DNA from: a virus
Strand: one strand, 5' to 3'
IMG/VR virus record: IMGVR_UViG_3300044769_000080
DNA length: 64,000 nt
Both the position numbers and the translations under genes were made by a program. The notes under the pieces were generated by a model. That model ran no database searches and was not told the origin of the DNA. It was given only the letters and a program-made list of their open reading frames with translations. This document shows positions 36,935 through 45,165 of the stretch, in pieces; position 1 is the first letter of the stretch, and every line of letters starts with the position of its first letter.

Positions 36935-37296
36935 TGGAAACCAAGTGTGTCCTCACACCTGTCACAGAGTTCGAGATCAGTCGCAAGGTGTGGCTGAGGG
37001 GCGAGGGCGGAGTCAAGAGCTGGCTCAGGCGACGCGATGACGGCAAGATGTGCTGTGTCGGTATCTACGTCAAAGCGATGGGCGCATCTGATGATGACAT
37101 TACAGATATTAAGTCTGTGAATGGCCTGATCGACGCTGGTGTTGACGTGCCGTACTGGATGGATGGTCGAGGTTTCGATCACATTGGAGGGCTGTACCGC
37201 AACAACGACAACCAAGCCCTCAGCCCGGATGAACGTGAACGCCTCATTACAGAAGGCTTCGCAGCCAACAGCATCAAGGTGACGTTCATCGATTAA
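36931..37296 (+). CDS. hypothetical protein (121 aa)
   Basis: ORF track. Followed by a strong terminator. Confidence 0.45.
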   Translation: MMETKCVLTPVTEFEISRKVWLRGEGGVKSWLRRRDDGKMCCVGIYVKAMGASDDDITDIKSVNGLIDAGVDVPYWMDGRGFDHIGGLYRNNDNQALSPDERERLITEGFAANSIKVTFID

Positions 37297-37333
37297 CGGC
37301 TCGCCAGCAAGTTCCCTCGGACGGGGAGCGGAG

Positions 37334-37370
37334 AAGGCTCATTCACATGTGTGGGTGGGCCTTTTTTATT
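37334..37370 (+). terminator. rho-independent terminator on plus strand
   Basis: Stem of about 13 bp AAGGCTCATTCACA / TGTGGGTGGGCCTT (3 G-U pairs) followed by TTTTTTATTT, 38 nt after the stop at 37296. Confidence 0.55.
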
Positions 37371-37488
37371 TGAAGCTGACCATTGCTGAGGAGACGACAT
37401 ATGCGCTAAACCATGAATGCTTCCTATCCGCACATAAGAGTAGTAACCCCCTAAAATCCTGTGGTGGGAAACGCTCAGCGCATCGTGG

Positions 37489-37902
37489 ATGGGAAGTTTT
37501 GATGGCTTAGGCCCCAGTCTGAACAGAAAGTATGGTGATGTGATGAGGCGGTTCAAGGAAAACAAGCTCTATCATCGTGAGATTGAGAAGCTCGAACGAA
37601 GTTTGGTCTTGTCTGCGATGACATTGCACAGAGGCAACGTCAAGGCAGCTGCTCAATACCTTGGCATTGCACGCACATCGTTGTTTGAGAAAGTCATCAA
37701 ATTCGGAATCGCGAAGCAGAACAAGCAGCATGATGTTGTCGAACCTCCCAAGAAACATCAATACATTGTGAGGTTCATCAACAAACACGGCAGGCTGACT
37801 AATGGCTACACGAACCTCGATGATGTCAGCTACGATGATGTGTGTGTTTGGCTCGCTGAGGGCATCGCATTCATCGAGCAGCTTGACGAGAGGTCGAAAT
37901 GA
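37489..37902 (+). CDS. Fis/NtrC-type HTH DNA-binding regulator (137 aa; true start may be internal ATG at about 37543)
   Basis: ERSLVLSAMTLHRGNVKAAAQYLGIARTSLFEKVIKFGI matches the Fis-family C-terminal HTH (E..LI..AL...GN...AA..LGI.R.TL..K.KK.GI). Confidence 0.5.
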   Translation: MGSFDGLGPSLNRKYGDVMRRFKENKLYHREIEKLERSLVLSAMTLHRGNVKAAAQYLGIARTSLFEKVIKFGIAKQNKQHDVVEPPKKHQYIVRFINKHGRLTNGYTNLDDVSYDDVCVWLAEGIAFIEQLDERSK

Positions 37903-38000
37903 TTGAGTTCATTGCAGCTGCCATCGTTGTTGTCGCTGTTGCTGTTTTCTTAACGTTCATCATTGCTGTGGCTGTGGAGGCCCTAGGGGAATACTTGTGA
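37899..38000 (+). CDS. tiny membrane peptide (33 aa), not in ORF track
   Basis: ATGA overlap. Translation MIEFIAAAIVVVAVAVFLTFIIAVAVEALGEYL. Confidence 0.25.
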   Translation: MIEFIAAAIVVVAVAVFLTFIIAVAVEALGEYL

Positions 38001-38170
38001 AAACCGTTATCACTGCACGATCGAGGGGAGTCGTAGTCACGCGGACGCTGTATGGTGACATGTCGCAGGCACGTTTCGAGGCCGAGATGCTTGATATTAA
38101 GCATCGTGCGAAGCAGCTTGACATTGATGGGATGAAGGTGAGAAGCCCACGGATGCCGGGGGAGGAGTAG
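37997..38170 (+). CDS. small protein (57 aa), GTG start, not in ORF track
   Basis: GTGA overlap with previous. Fills the gap to gene 38174. Confidence 0.25.
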   Translation: MKTVITARSRGVVVTRTLYGDMSQARFEAEMLDIKHRAKQLDIDGMKVRSPRMPGEE

Positions 38171-38173
38171 CTT

Positions 38174-38641
38174 ATGAACGTTTCGCCCGCTCTCGTGACC
38201 CAGATGGAAGCCCTGATCGAGCAGTGGCGAGACAAGGCCGATCTATTACACCCACTGTTGTCAGCGACATACTTGCGCGACTGCGCCGATCAATTACAGC
38301 CCCTCCTGGTCCTCCTCCTTGAGCAGCAGCGAGGCCAGCGAACGATTAAATCCATCGCGACGATGCTTGGATGGGACAACGTGCCGCCACAGCGGACGCT
38401 GGAGATGGACATCAGTACCCTAAAGGCTCGCGTGGTCGATTCGCAGGCCGAGGTCCAGCGGCTCAAAGCAATCAACAGTGAACTATGTTCGGAGCATAAC
38501 GGGTTACTGGCAGACGGTGCCAGATGGCAACGACGCGCTGAAGCTGCCGAGGCCGAGATCCAGCGGCTCACGGACGCCCTGGACGCGGAAAACGATATCA
38601 TTGTTTGCACTGACCGAACAACTCAACCTGCTGAGGGATGA
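38174..38641 (+). CDS. coiled-coil protein (155 aa)
   Basis: ORF track. Heptad-like L/E/A/Q-rich sequence. Confidence 0.4.
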   Translation: MNVSPALVTQMEALIEQWRDKADLLHPLLSATYLRDCADQLQPLLVLLLEQQRGQRTIKSIATMLGWDNVPPQRTLEMDISTLKARVVDSQAEVQRLKAINSELCSEHNGLLADGARWQRRAEAAEAEIQRLTDALDAENDIIVCTDRTTQPAEG

Positions 38642-38647
38642 CAAGTG

Positions 38648-38824
38648 ATGGAATACATCCTCGTTGATATTCGAACAAAACGTCTTCTATCAGCTGGTTG
38701 TCAGAACTTCGGCAGCAAGCTTGACCAGTACCTGTTCGAGCAGCTGCAAGAGTCCGTTGGCCGAGAGGTTCATTGGGACAAGCTGCCAGACGAACTTCGT
38801 GAGCCTGAGGGAGAGCCCAAATGA
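38648..38824 (+). CDS. small protein (58 aa), not in ORF track
   Basis: Translation MEYILVDIRTKRLLSAGCQNFGSKLDQYLFEQLQESVGREVHWDKLPDELREPEGEPK. Confidence 0.3.
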   Translation: MEYILVDIRTKRLLSAGCQNFGSKLDQYLFEQLQESVGREVHWDKLPDELREPEGEPK

Positions 38825-38988
38825 GCCCAACAGTCATTACTGTCATGGTGATTAGTGCGTTTTTCCTCGGCTACATCTCACGGTGGTTGCAAGACACCGA
38901 CACCGCTGCGCCGCTCAGTGAGGATTACGTATCCGCCGATTGCCTCAATTGGCTGCTCAGACAGGAACAACGAAAGGGAATGCTATGA
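38821..38988 (+). CDS. small membrane protein (55 aa), not in ORF track
   Basis: ATGA overlap. Translation MSPTVITVMVISAFFLGYISRW... Confidence 0.3.
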   Translation: MSPTVITVMVISAFFLGYISRWLQDTDTAAPLSEDYVSADCLNWLLRQEQRKGML

Positions 38989-39173
38989 TCCTACCGCTTG
39001 GAATTTTTATTGCCCTTGTTTGGTTCCTTGTTTGGCTGGTGGTTGGATATGCCGAGGACGAAAAATGGATGTTTCCTGTGATGCTGTTTGGAACGATTGC
39101 CATTGGTATCGCAACTGCCCTCATTCACCATAATTGGCCGGTAGCGCAGACACTTGCGGAGGCGGTGAAGTGA
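38985..39173 (+). CDS. small two-TM membrane protein (about 63 aa)
   Basis: Translation MILPLGIFIALVWFLVWLVVGYAEDEKWMFPVMLFGTIAIGIATALIHHNWP. In frame with ORF-track entry 38940. Confidence 0.35.
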   Translation: MILPLGIFIALVWFLVWLVVGYAEDEKWMFPVMLFGTIAIGIATALIHHNWPVAQTLAEAVK

Positions 39174-39637
39174 AAGAAGTCAAGGGCGACCTCTGGACCT
39201 ACGCCCCTGCTGAGTCAGTTGTTCGCTGCATCACAACGAATGGCTTCGTCAAGAAATCAGGTGAGGCTGTGATGGGTGCAGGATGTGCGAAGGAAGCCAC
39301 TCAACAATGGCCTGTTATTGCTCACGACGTTGGCCTGAGGATCACAAATTTTGGCAACAAGGTTCAAGACCTCGGTGAGTATTTCGATGAGAACGATAGG
39401 CCAGTTAATTTGGCAATGTTCCCAGTCAAGCACAACTGGTGGGAAAAAGCTGACCTCGCACTGATTGAGCAGAGCTGTAAAGAGCTTCTTGCTCTCGCTG
39501 CGATGTATCCTCACAGCACTGTGTTTGTCATCCCGAGGCCGGGTTGTGGAAACGGGAAGCTTCGATGGGAGGACGTCAGGCCAGTGTTGTTGAAATATTT
39601 CGATGCAGACGACAGATTCCACGTCATTACGTGGTAA
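39134..39637 (+). CDS. macro domain (ADP-ribose binding/processing) protein (about 155-167 aa)
   Basis: GDLW...VVRCITTNGFVKKSGEAVMGAGCAKEA and VFVIPRPGCGNG correspond to the macro-domain N.AN...GGGV..AI and P.I(S/G)TG..G motifs. Confidence 0.55.
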   Translation: MAGSADTCGGGEVKEVKGDLWTYAPAESVVRCITTNGFVKKSGEAVMGAGCAKEATQQWPVIAHDVGLRITNFGNKVQDLGEYFDENDRPVNLAMFPVKHNWWEKADLALIEQSCKELLALAAMYPHSTVFVIPRPGCGNGKLRWEDVRPVLLKYFDADDRFHVITW

Positions 39638-39663
39638 CACGAAGCGCGGCGAACGGCTGAGTT

Positions 39664-39681
39664 GGCGGTAAAATTACCGCC
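39664..39681 (+). repeat. copy of 18 bp hairpin repeat GGCGGTAAAATTACCGCC
   Basis: Perfect 7 bp stem with 4 nt A/T loop. 27 nt after the macro gene stop, 56 nt before the dsbA start. Confidence 0.5.
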
Positions 39682-39736
39682 GCCCCAGCAACGGTCAAAA
39701 GGTCCCAAACGAAAGTCCATCAGAGGAGCGTGATAA

Positions 39737-40402
39737 GTGATTGAGAAAACGTTGAACATCATCACTGCTGTTGCGTTGATCATTGCATCCAGCATCATCA
39801 GCTGGAAATTCATCTATCCACAACAGGCTGCCGGGGTTCAGCAGCCGCCTCCAGCAGTAGAACAGATCGACCAGAAAATCGAGGTGGATGCCCAACAACA
39901 CACGTTCGGAACCGGCCGAATAGCTGTGATTGAATTCACAGACTACGAGTGTCCATATTGCAAGCTGTTCGCTCAGAGTGAACTGTCCGTCCTCAAGCGG
40001 GACTTCAGCAATAGGATCAGCTTTTACTCGTACAACTTTCCATTGTCGATCCATGCTCAAGCTGAGGGCGCTGCTAGGGCCGCTGTTTGTGCATCATGGC
40101 AGAAGAAACTTGGTGACATGCACGACAAGCTGTTTTCGTCACCGCTCAGCCAAGATGTATACAGCACCTATGCAGTCCAGATTGGCTTGGACACAAAGCA
40201 GTTTTCAAGCTGCATGACCACAGATCTTTCACAGACTGCAATCAACAACCACAAGAAAATTGGTGATTTCCTTAGGGTGCAGGGAACACCATCGTTCTTT
40301 GTTGGGACCATTGCCGGGGACGGGAGGACCGTGCAACTGAAGTCTCGTGTTGCAGATCGTTCCAAGCTGGTGTCAGAAATCCAAAGATTGGCAGCAATCT
40401 AA
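39737..40402 (+). CDS. dsbA: DsbA-like thiol:disulfide oxidoreductase with N-terminal membrane anchor (221 aa)
   Basis: Active-site CPYC, cis-Pro loop VQGTPSFFVG, thioredoxin-fold layout. N-terminal TM helix IITAVALIIASSIISW. Confidence 0.65.
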   Translation: MIEKTLNIITAVALIIASSIISWKFIYPQQAAGVQQPPPAVEQIDQKIEVDAQQHTFGTGRIAVIEFTDYECPYCKLFAQSELSVLKRDFSNRISFYSYNFPLSIHAQAEGAARAAVCASWQKKLGDMHDKLFSSPLSQDVYSTYAVQIGLDTKQFSSCMTTDLSQTAINNHKKIGDFLRVQGTPSFFVGTIAGDGRTVQLKSRVADRSKLVSEIQRLAAI

Positions 40403-40432
40403 GCTGCCAGTGTAAGGGCCAATAACGGCCGG

Positions 40433-40723
40433 GTGAAAGAGAGAATGCTTGTGAAGAAATCAATCATGCGATTGTTGGCAGCTGTAGTGTTCGTGGCTGC
40501 AACATTCGTCTACCAGTCCGAACAGCAGCCGCTGCAAGCACAGTGGCCGAGCTGCCAGAATGCGTGGATGGACTGCCAGCAGAGGCTGGGCTGTCTGGTC
40601 ACGGCTGGGGATAATCAGTGTTATCAGGGTCATTTGATCGTGCAAGTGGCCTGCACCGTCTGCGGGTACCAATGGTGGGTGCTCAGTTCCGGTGGCTGTG
40701 ACTACGGCTGGTGTCCGTCCTAG
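40433..40723 (+). CDS. secreted Cys-rich small protein (96 aa; 10 Cys)
   Basis: Signal peptide MKERMLVKKSIMRLLAAVVFVAATFVYQ. Cys spacing CQNAWMDCQQRLGC...CYQGH...CTVCGYQWW...GGCDYGWC. Confidence 0.45.
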   Translation: MKERMLVKKSIMRLLAAVVFVAATFVYQSEQQPLQAQWPSCQNAWMDCQQRLGCLVTAGDNQCYQGHLIVQVACTVCGYQWWVLSSGGCDYGWCPS

Positions 40724-40780
40724 ATCCACAAAACTGAGGGTGTGGGGACTTCGGTCCCCCACCTCTCAAAGGAAACAACC

Positions 40781-41272
40781 ATGAAGAGATTTTCGATATT
40801 GCTGTTGGTCTGTGCTGCGGCATGCGCGCCATCTCCGGTTGCACCGACGCCTCAGCCAGTTCCATCGTTCCCATCACAGCTGCGAGCTGAGGCATCATGT
40901 GAACAACCAACCAATGTGTGGGTTGGACAGACACAAGGCAGGACTGATATTACATGGGATGGCGCCGGTGACAAGTTTCTCGTGTGGTTCGAAGTGGAGG
41001 ACCACAATGTTTACGTTTCCGTTCCGGGCAGCCCTGCAACGGCTGATGGCAATCGTTACGAGACGCGCAGCCTCGACAGCGCTCGAACCCATGCCGTGCA
41101 AGTGCAGTCAGTGTGTGGAGATTCGTACAGTCCTCGCAGCGCCTCGGTCGTTTTCGGAGGAAGCAGCGGCCCGATTGTGCCAGCGCCTCAGCCACCTGTG
41201 AACCCTTGTGTCACACTAAAAACAACTGGTCAACGCTGCACTGGAGGCGGTTGTGGCAACGAATGCCCCTAG
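40781..41272 (+). CDS. lipoprotein (about 163 aa) with C-terminal Cys-rich tail
   Basis: AAGGAAA RBS. MKRFSILLLVCAAACAPSP lipobox-type signal. C-terminus CVTLKTTGQRCTGGGCGNECP. Confidence 0.45.
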   Translation: MKRFSILLLVCAAACAPSPVAPTPQPVPSFPSQLRAEASCEQPTNVWVGQTQGRTDITWDGAGDKFLVWFEVEDHNVYVSVPGSPATADGNRYETRSLDSARTHAVQVQSVCGDSYSPRSASVVFGGSSGPIVPAPQPPVNPCVTLKTTGQRCTGGGCGNECP

Positions 41273-41493
41273 CAAGCAACGACGATACAACGAGGAACGA
41301 AAGCTGGAAGGAAAATGTTTGCGATGCCGCAGGCCCTCCCGTCCTGACAGAGTAACATGCGAGGGTTGTTGGGTGAAACAGAAACAATACGTTGTCAGCC
41401 GTGCAGCGTAAGTGTCTTCGGGAAGCCTCTACGGAGGCTTGTCGTAGCTACTTAGCTGGCTAGATTTACCTTAACAAAACAATCAAATTTTCA

Positions 41494-41511
41494 GGCGGTA
41501 TTTTTACCGCC
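41494..41511 (+). repeat. copy of hairpin repeat GGCGGTATTTTTACCGCC
   Basis: Intergenic, about 117 nt upstream of gene 41628. Confidence 0.5.
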
Positions 41512-41627
41512 AGTGCGAGGTGCATCTAATGCGCGTCGTGGCTCTACTCGTTTGCCTGCTTGCAGCTGGCTGCGAGGACATATGAGAGAGTAGTTGAGAC
41601 AACTGGCAGCTGCCAGTAGGAGGTCAA

Positions 41628-41819
41628 ATGGGTCGAATCCGAGACATACACATTGTTGCAACCATCGACGGGCCTGATGGTCCGATCTTGGTGGATTGCG
41701 CCGCTCGCGAACGAGACATCGAGGCTGAGGTGCTTGTTTATCTGAGGGAGAAGGCAAATGGGATTACGACGGATGCTATCCTGGATGAGTTTGAGCGTAG
41801 TGATGCTCTTGGCGGCTAG
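41628..41819 (+). CDS. hypothetical protein (63 aa)
   Basis: ORF track. AGGAGG RBS. Confidence 0.4.
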   Translation: MGRIRDIHIVATIDGPDGPILVDCAARERDIEAEVLVYLREKANGITTDAILDEFERSDALGG

Positions 41820-41961
41820 TTGCGAAAAGTCCGATGAGACACGTCATACCGCAAAACGGTGTGAGGAGCTTGGTGGGCTTGTCATCTGGGACAACGACTA
41901 TCCACAACGGGTTCTTAGCTGCATCATTCCATGTAACTATCCTCAGGCGGAACACAAATGA
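41758..41961 (+). CDS. small lipoprotein (about 59-67 aa)
   Basis: MSLSVVMLLAASCEK lipobox (LAASC). Confidence 0.35.
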   Translation: MGLRRMLSWMSLSVVMLLAASCEKSDETRHTAKRCEELGGLVIWDNDYPQRVLSCIIPCNYPQAEHK

Positions 41962-42085
41962 CTCCACAGCATGATGTATATTCGAGTTTTGCAACATTGG
42001 TTTTCTTCGTCGGTTTGTTGGTTGCGATTGCTGCGTTCTCCATCATAGTAACACAAGCTATCCGGGTGCTGCTGGAAGGATAAGC

Positions 42086-42298
42086 ATGAACGAACCACTC
42101 CCCAACGACCCGACATTGGCTGATATCATCAACGTGTTTCAGCGCCGAATCGCAGAACTTGAGGAGTCGCTCGCGACGAGAGGGCGGGCCATCATGATGT
42201 TCTCTCGGATGAACATTGACCAGCGGAAACGAATTGACCAGCTCGAACACGAGGTGCAGTGTCTGAAATCGGCTGCATCATCTGGCTATAAGACGTAA
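42086..42298 (+). CDS. hypothetical coiled-coil protein (70 aa)
   Basis: ORF track. Confidence 0.4.
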   Translation: MNEPLPNDPTLADIINVFQRRIAELEESLATRGRAIMMFSRMNIDQRKRIDQLEHEVQCLKSAASSGYKT

Positions 42299-42310
42299 AG
42301 GAGGAGCAGC

Positions 42311-42499
42311 ATGCCACTTCATCGTCATCAATGCGGTGATGCTGACAAGTTCAAGTACAAAAGCTTTGATCCCTCGAAGGGCTGCGGTCACGTTTTCGAG
42401 CATGATGACTCGTTCTTCGGTAAGGATGAGGAACACATGTGCCCTGAGTGTGGCCGAGGACCGTGGGTTATCAAGTATCCTGAGGAGATGAAGCCGTGA
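42311..42499 (+). CDS. zinc-ribbon protein (62 aa)
   Basis: HQCGD...GCGHVFEH...CPECG. Confidence 0.4.
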   Translation: MPLHRHQCGDADKFKYKSFDPSKGCGHVFEHDDSFFGKDEEHMCPECGRGPWVIKYPEEMKP

Positions 42500-42855
42500 A
42501 CCTCGACGACATTGAAATCCCGACCTTCGAGATCGACCTGACACCTCAGCCTGAGCCAACCCGCGAGTCGCGCGCTGCCCTAACCGGCAAGGAAAGGGTT
42601 GTGACCATCGTCGAAGCTACCCGTGCCGTAGCCGCAACTGATAGGGTTCGGGCACGTCTGAAGCCAGAGCTGATTGATCACTGGAAGAAAACCGGCACGA
42701 TGGATGAATATACCTATGGCAGTTATCGCATTTGTCATTCAAAGCTGACCGGCAAGTGGTGGGTGATGACTGAGGATGGTGTCTTCATGGGCTACGCTGA
42801 TGACTACATCGGAGGTCGAATGATGATTGATCAGGCAATAGCAAGGGACAAATGA
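42496..42855 (+). CDS. hypothetical protein (119 aa)
   Basis: ORF track. ATGA overlap. Confidence 0.4.
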   Translation: MNLDDIEIPTFEIDLTPQPEPTRESRAALTGKERVVTIVEATRAVAATDRVRARLKPELIDHWKKTGTMDEYTYGSYRICHSKLTGKWWVMTEDGVFMGYADDYIGGRMMIDQAIARDK

Positions 42856-43022
42856 ACATCAACGTTGCCATGATCCTCTCAACCGTGATGGTGCTTCAAT
42901 GCTTGGTTGTGATGGCATGGGCAGCACTGCACGGCACGTTCCTCAGCTTCGCTGCTGGGCTTACTGATTTCAGTCTATCGTTCTACATCGTAGGGATACT
43001 ACTCCCTGCCAAGGAGGAATAA
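42852..43022 (+). CDS. small membrane protein (56 aa), not in ORF track
   Basis: ATGA overlap. Translation MNINVAMILSTVMVLQCLVVMAWAALHGTFLSFAAGLTDFSLSFYIVGILLPAKEE. Confidence 0.3.
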   Translation: MNINVAMILSTVMVLQCLVVMAWAALHGTFLSFAAGLTDFSLSFYIVGILLPAKEE

Positions 43023-43024
43023 GC

Positions 43025-44359
43025 ATGTCACTGATTCTCGTTGGGATCGCAGCTGCGGCTGTTGTCCTCTCAGTCGGACTCGTCCTCGCCTTTGCATGGC
43101 GTGTGGTGGTGCCGACAAACATTGTTCACATTGTGCAGTCCAGCAAGAAAACCACAAGCTATGGTGCTGGAAGCGCGTCTGGGAACACATACTACAACAT
43201 TCCATCGTTCGTTCCGGTGTTTGGTGTCAATCGCATCACGCTGCCGATCAACAACTTCTCAATCCCGCTGCACGCCTACGAGGCGTATGACAAGGACCGA
43301 GCCCCGTTCGAGCTTGACCTGATTGGGTTTTTTGTCGTGACTGACACCAACCTCGCGGCATCCAGGTGTGCAAGCTTCGACGAGCTGAAAGGCCAGTTGA
43401 TGTCAATCATGCAGGGTGCGGCACGAACCATCCTCGCACGGCATGATATCAATGAAATCATGGGCGACCGTGCAACGTTTGGCAAGGCGTTTACTGACGA
43501 GGTTGACCACGGCCTCACAGCATGGGGCGTGCAGACTGTCAAGTCGTTGGAACTGATGGACATTCGGGATGCCAAGGCCAGCAAAATCATTGCTGACATT
43601 ATGGCGAAGAAATCCTCGAAAATCTCGATGGAATCCCGCACAACCGTGGCCGAGAACGGCCGCCTCGCACAGCTGGCAGAGATTGAAGCGAATCAGGCTG
43701 TTGAGGTTCGCAAGCAAGAACAGATACAGCAGGTTGGACAGCGCAAGGCTGAACAGGAACGGGAGGTTGGTATCGCGAACGAGCGCTCCAAACAGCAGGT
43801 GCAGGCCGAGGCGAAGACCACCAAGGAACGTGAGATGGCCGTTGCTCAGGTGCAAGCTGTGAAGCAGGCTGAGATTAACAAGGAAGCTGCGATTATCAGT
43901 GCTGAACAGCAGCGCCAGACACAAGTCATCTCGGCTCAAGCACAACGTGCAGTTCAGGTCACCGAGGCTGAAGGCGAACGCGATGCCCTCACACTCAAGG
44001 CCGCTGGCGTCAGGGCTGAAGGTGAGGCCAAGGGTGCAGCCAAGCTCGCCGTTGATATGGTTCCCATCACAACGCAGGTTGCGCTGGCGAAGGAAATCGG
44101 TGAGAACAAGGAATACCAGCATTACCTTGTCACGGTTGAGCAGATCAAGGCGAACAAGGAAGTTGGTGTTGCGAACGCTGCTGCCCTCGACAAGGCCGAA
44201 GTCAGGGTGATTGTGAACTCTGGCAACGTGCAGAGCGGCATTTCGACTGTGACTGACCTCATCAGCTCCAAGGGTGGAACAGCGATTGCTGGCTTGCTTG
44301 AGGGGCTGGCTGGTACCGAAGCCGGGGAAAGCTTGGTAAAGAAACTGACCGGCAAGTGA
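43025..44359 (+). CDS. SPFH/band-7 (flotillin/YqiK-like) membrane protein (444 aa)
   Basis: N-terminal TM helix, SPFH-type domain, then a long E/A/Q/K-rich coiled coil with flotillin-like EA repeats. The 374 aa minus-strand ORF across it is antisense artefact. Confidence 0.6.
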   Translation: MSLILVGIAAAAVVLSVGLVLAFAWRVVVPTNIVHIVQSSKKTTSYGAGSASGNTYYNIPSFVPVFGVNRITLPINNFSIPLHAYEAYDKDRAPFELDLIGFFVVTDTNLAASRCASFDELKGQLMSIMQGAARTILARHDINEIMGDRATFGKAFTDEVDHGLTAWGVQTVKSLELMDIRDAKASKIIADIMAKKSSKISMESRTTVAENGRLAQLAEIEANQAVEVRKQEQIQQVGQRKAEQEREVGIANERSKQQVQAEAKTTKEREMAVAQVQAVKQAEINKEAAIISAEQQRQTQVISAQAQRAVQVTEAEGERDALTLKAAGVRAEGEAKGAAKLAVDMVPITTQVALAKEIGENKEYQHYLVTVEQIKANKEVGVANAAALDKAEVRVIVNSGNVQSGISTVTDLISSKGGTAIAGLLEGLAGTEAGESLVKKLTGK

Positions 44360-44535
44360 TCGGTCGATAAGCCCCGATACCTTGCGGTGTGTGTCGGTAA
44401 CGGTTGGTAAGGTTAACCGCGAGGACGAAGAGTCCCTGCAACCCGAGAGGGTTGCGGCCTTCTTGCGAAGGCTGTTCTTGACAAACAGCAACCGCAGGCA
44501 GACCGGAATCCTCTCACACAGTAACAATTAAATTC

Positions 44536-44611
44536 GCATCCGTAGCTCAATTGGCAGAGCAGCGGGCTTTTAACTCGTGGGCTGGAGGTTCGACTCCTCC
44601 CGGATGCACCA
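44536..44611 (+). tRNA. tRNA-Lys (anticodon UUU)
   Basis: GCATCCGTAGCTCAATTGGCAGAGCAGCGGGCTTTTAACTCGTGGGCTGGAGGTTCGACTCCTCCCGGATGCACCA. Perfect 7 bp acceptor, D-arm with GG, anticodon loop CTTTTAA, T-arm GGAGG/TTCGACT/CCTCC, encoded CCA. Confidence 0.8.
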
Positions 44612-44632
44612 TTTGGATCAGCCGTGGGAAGT

Positions 44633-44685
44633 GGCGGTAAATGTCCGCCTGTTTCTATCTGGCGTGTGGCGGTAATTTTACCGCC
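44633..44685 (+). repeat. two copies of the hairpin repeat (GGCGGTAAATGTCCGCC partial; GGCGGTAATTTTACCGCC perfect) right after tRNA-Lys
   Basis: Seen in sequence. A fifth imperfect copy GGCTGTAACTTTACCGCC lies at 29673-29690. Confidence 0.5.
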
Positions 44686-44778
44686 CAACACCAGCCAAGA
44701 TTGGCGTCTAGCTGTTCCGCCATGAAATTGAGCAGCTTTGCTTCGCAGATAGAATAACCAATCGTAGGAGAAAACTCA

Positions 44779-45165
44779 ATGAAGAAGCTCGTAATCGGCC
44801 TCGCACTGGCTATGCTGGCAATCAGTGCAACCCCGTCGTTCGCTCAAGTTCCTCCGGTCAAGAATCCTGTCGGTATTGCATTCGATTCGCCCGACCATGC
44901 GAATGCAGCCGTCACTGGTTACATGGTTGAAATCGTCAAGACCGACGGCTCAGTCCTCCAGACCTTGCAGATTCAGAAATCCAACACGACTGTTCGTGTG
45001 TCTGATGGTAAGGTTGTGGTTACCATCAACGTGCAGCCGATCACGTTTGGAACGTATACGTTCCGTGCGTTCACAGTCGCCGGAACGGTATTCAGCGTGC
45101 CGTCGCCTCTTTCTGACCCGTGGGAGCGTGTCGCTGGGTCGCCGAGCAAGCCAATCGTCCAATAA
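44779..45165 (+). CDS. secreted beta-rich protein (128 aa) with signal peptide
   Basis: MKKLVIGLALAMLAISATPSFAQ signal peptide. Ig/FN3-like beta-strand pattern. Confidence 0.45.
   Translation: MKKLVIGLALAMLAISATPSFAQVPPVKNPVGIAFDSPDHANAAVTGYMVEIVKTDGSVLQTLQIQKSNTTVRVSDGKVVVTINVQPITFGTYTFRAFTVAGTVFSVPSPLSDPWERVAGSPSKPIVQ

Noticed and set aside
44476-44486. Plus-strand CTTGACAAACA upstream of tRNA-Lys as a promoter
   Set aside because: No acceptable -10 hexamer at 16-19 nt spacing. Only noted as a recurrence of the decamer.
43403-44527. 374 aa minus-strand ORF
   Set aside because: Leu/Arg-rich antisense image of the E/A/K-rich coiled coil of the SPFH gene on the plus strand, which has clear domain motifs.
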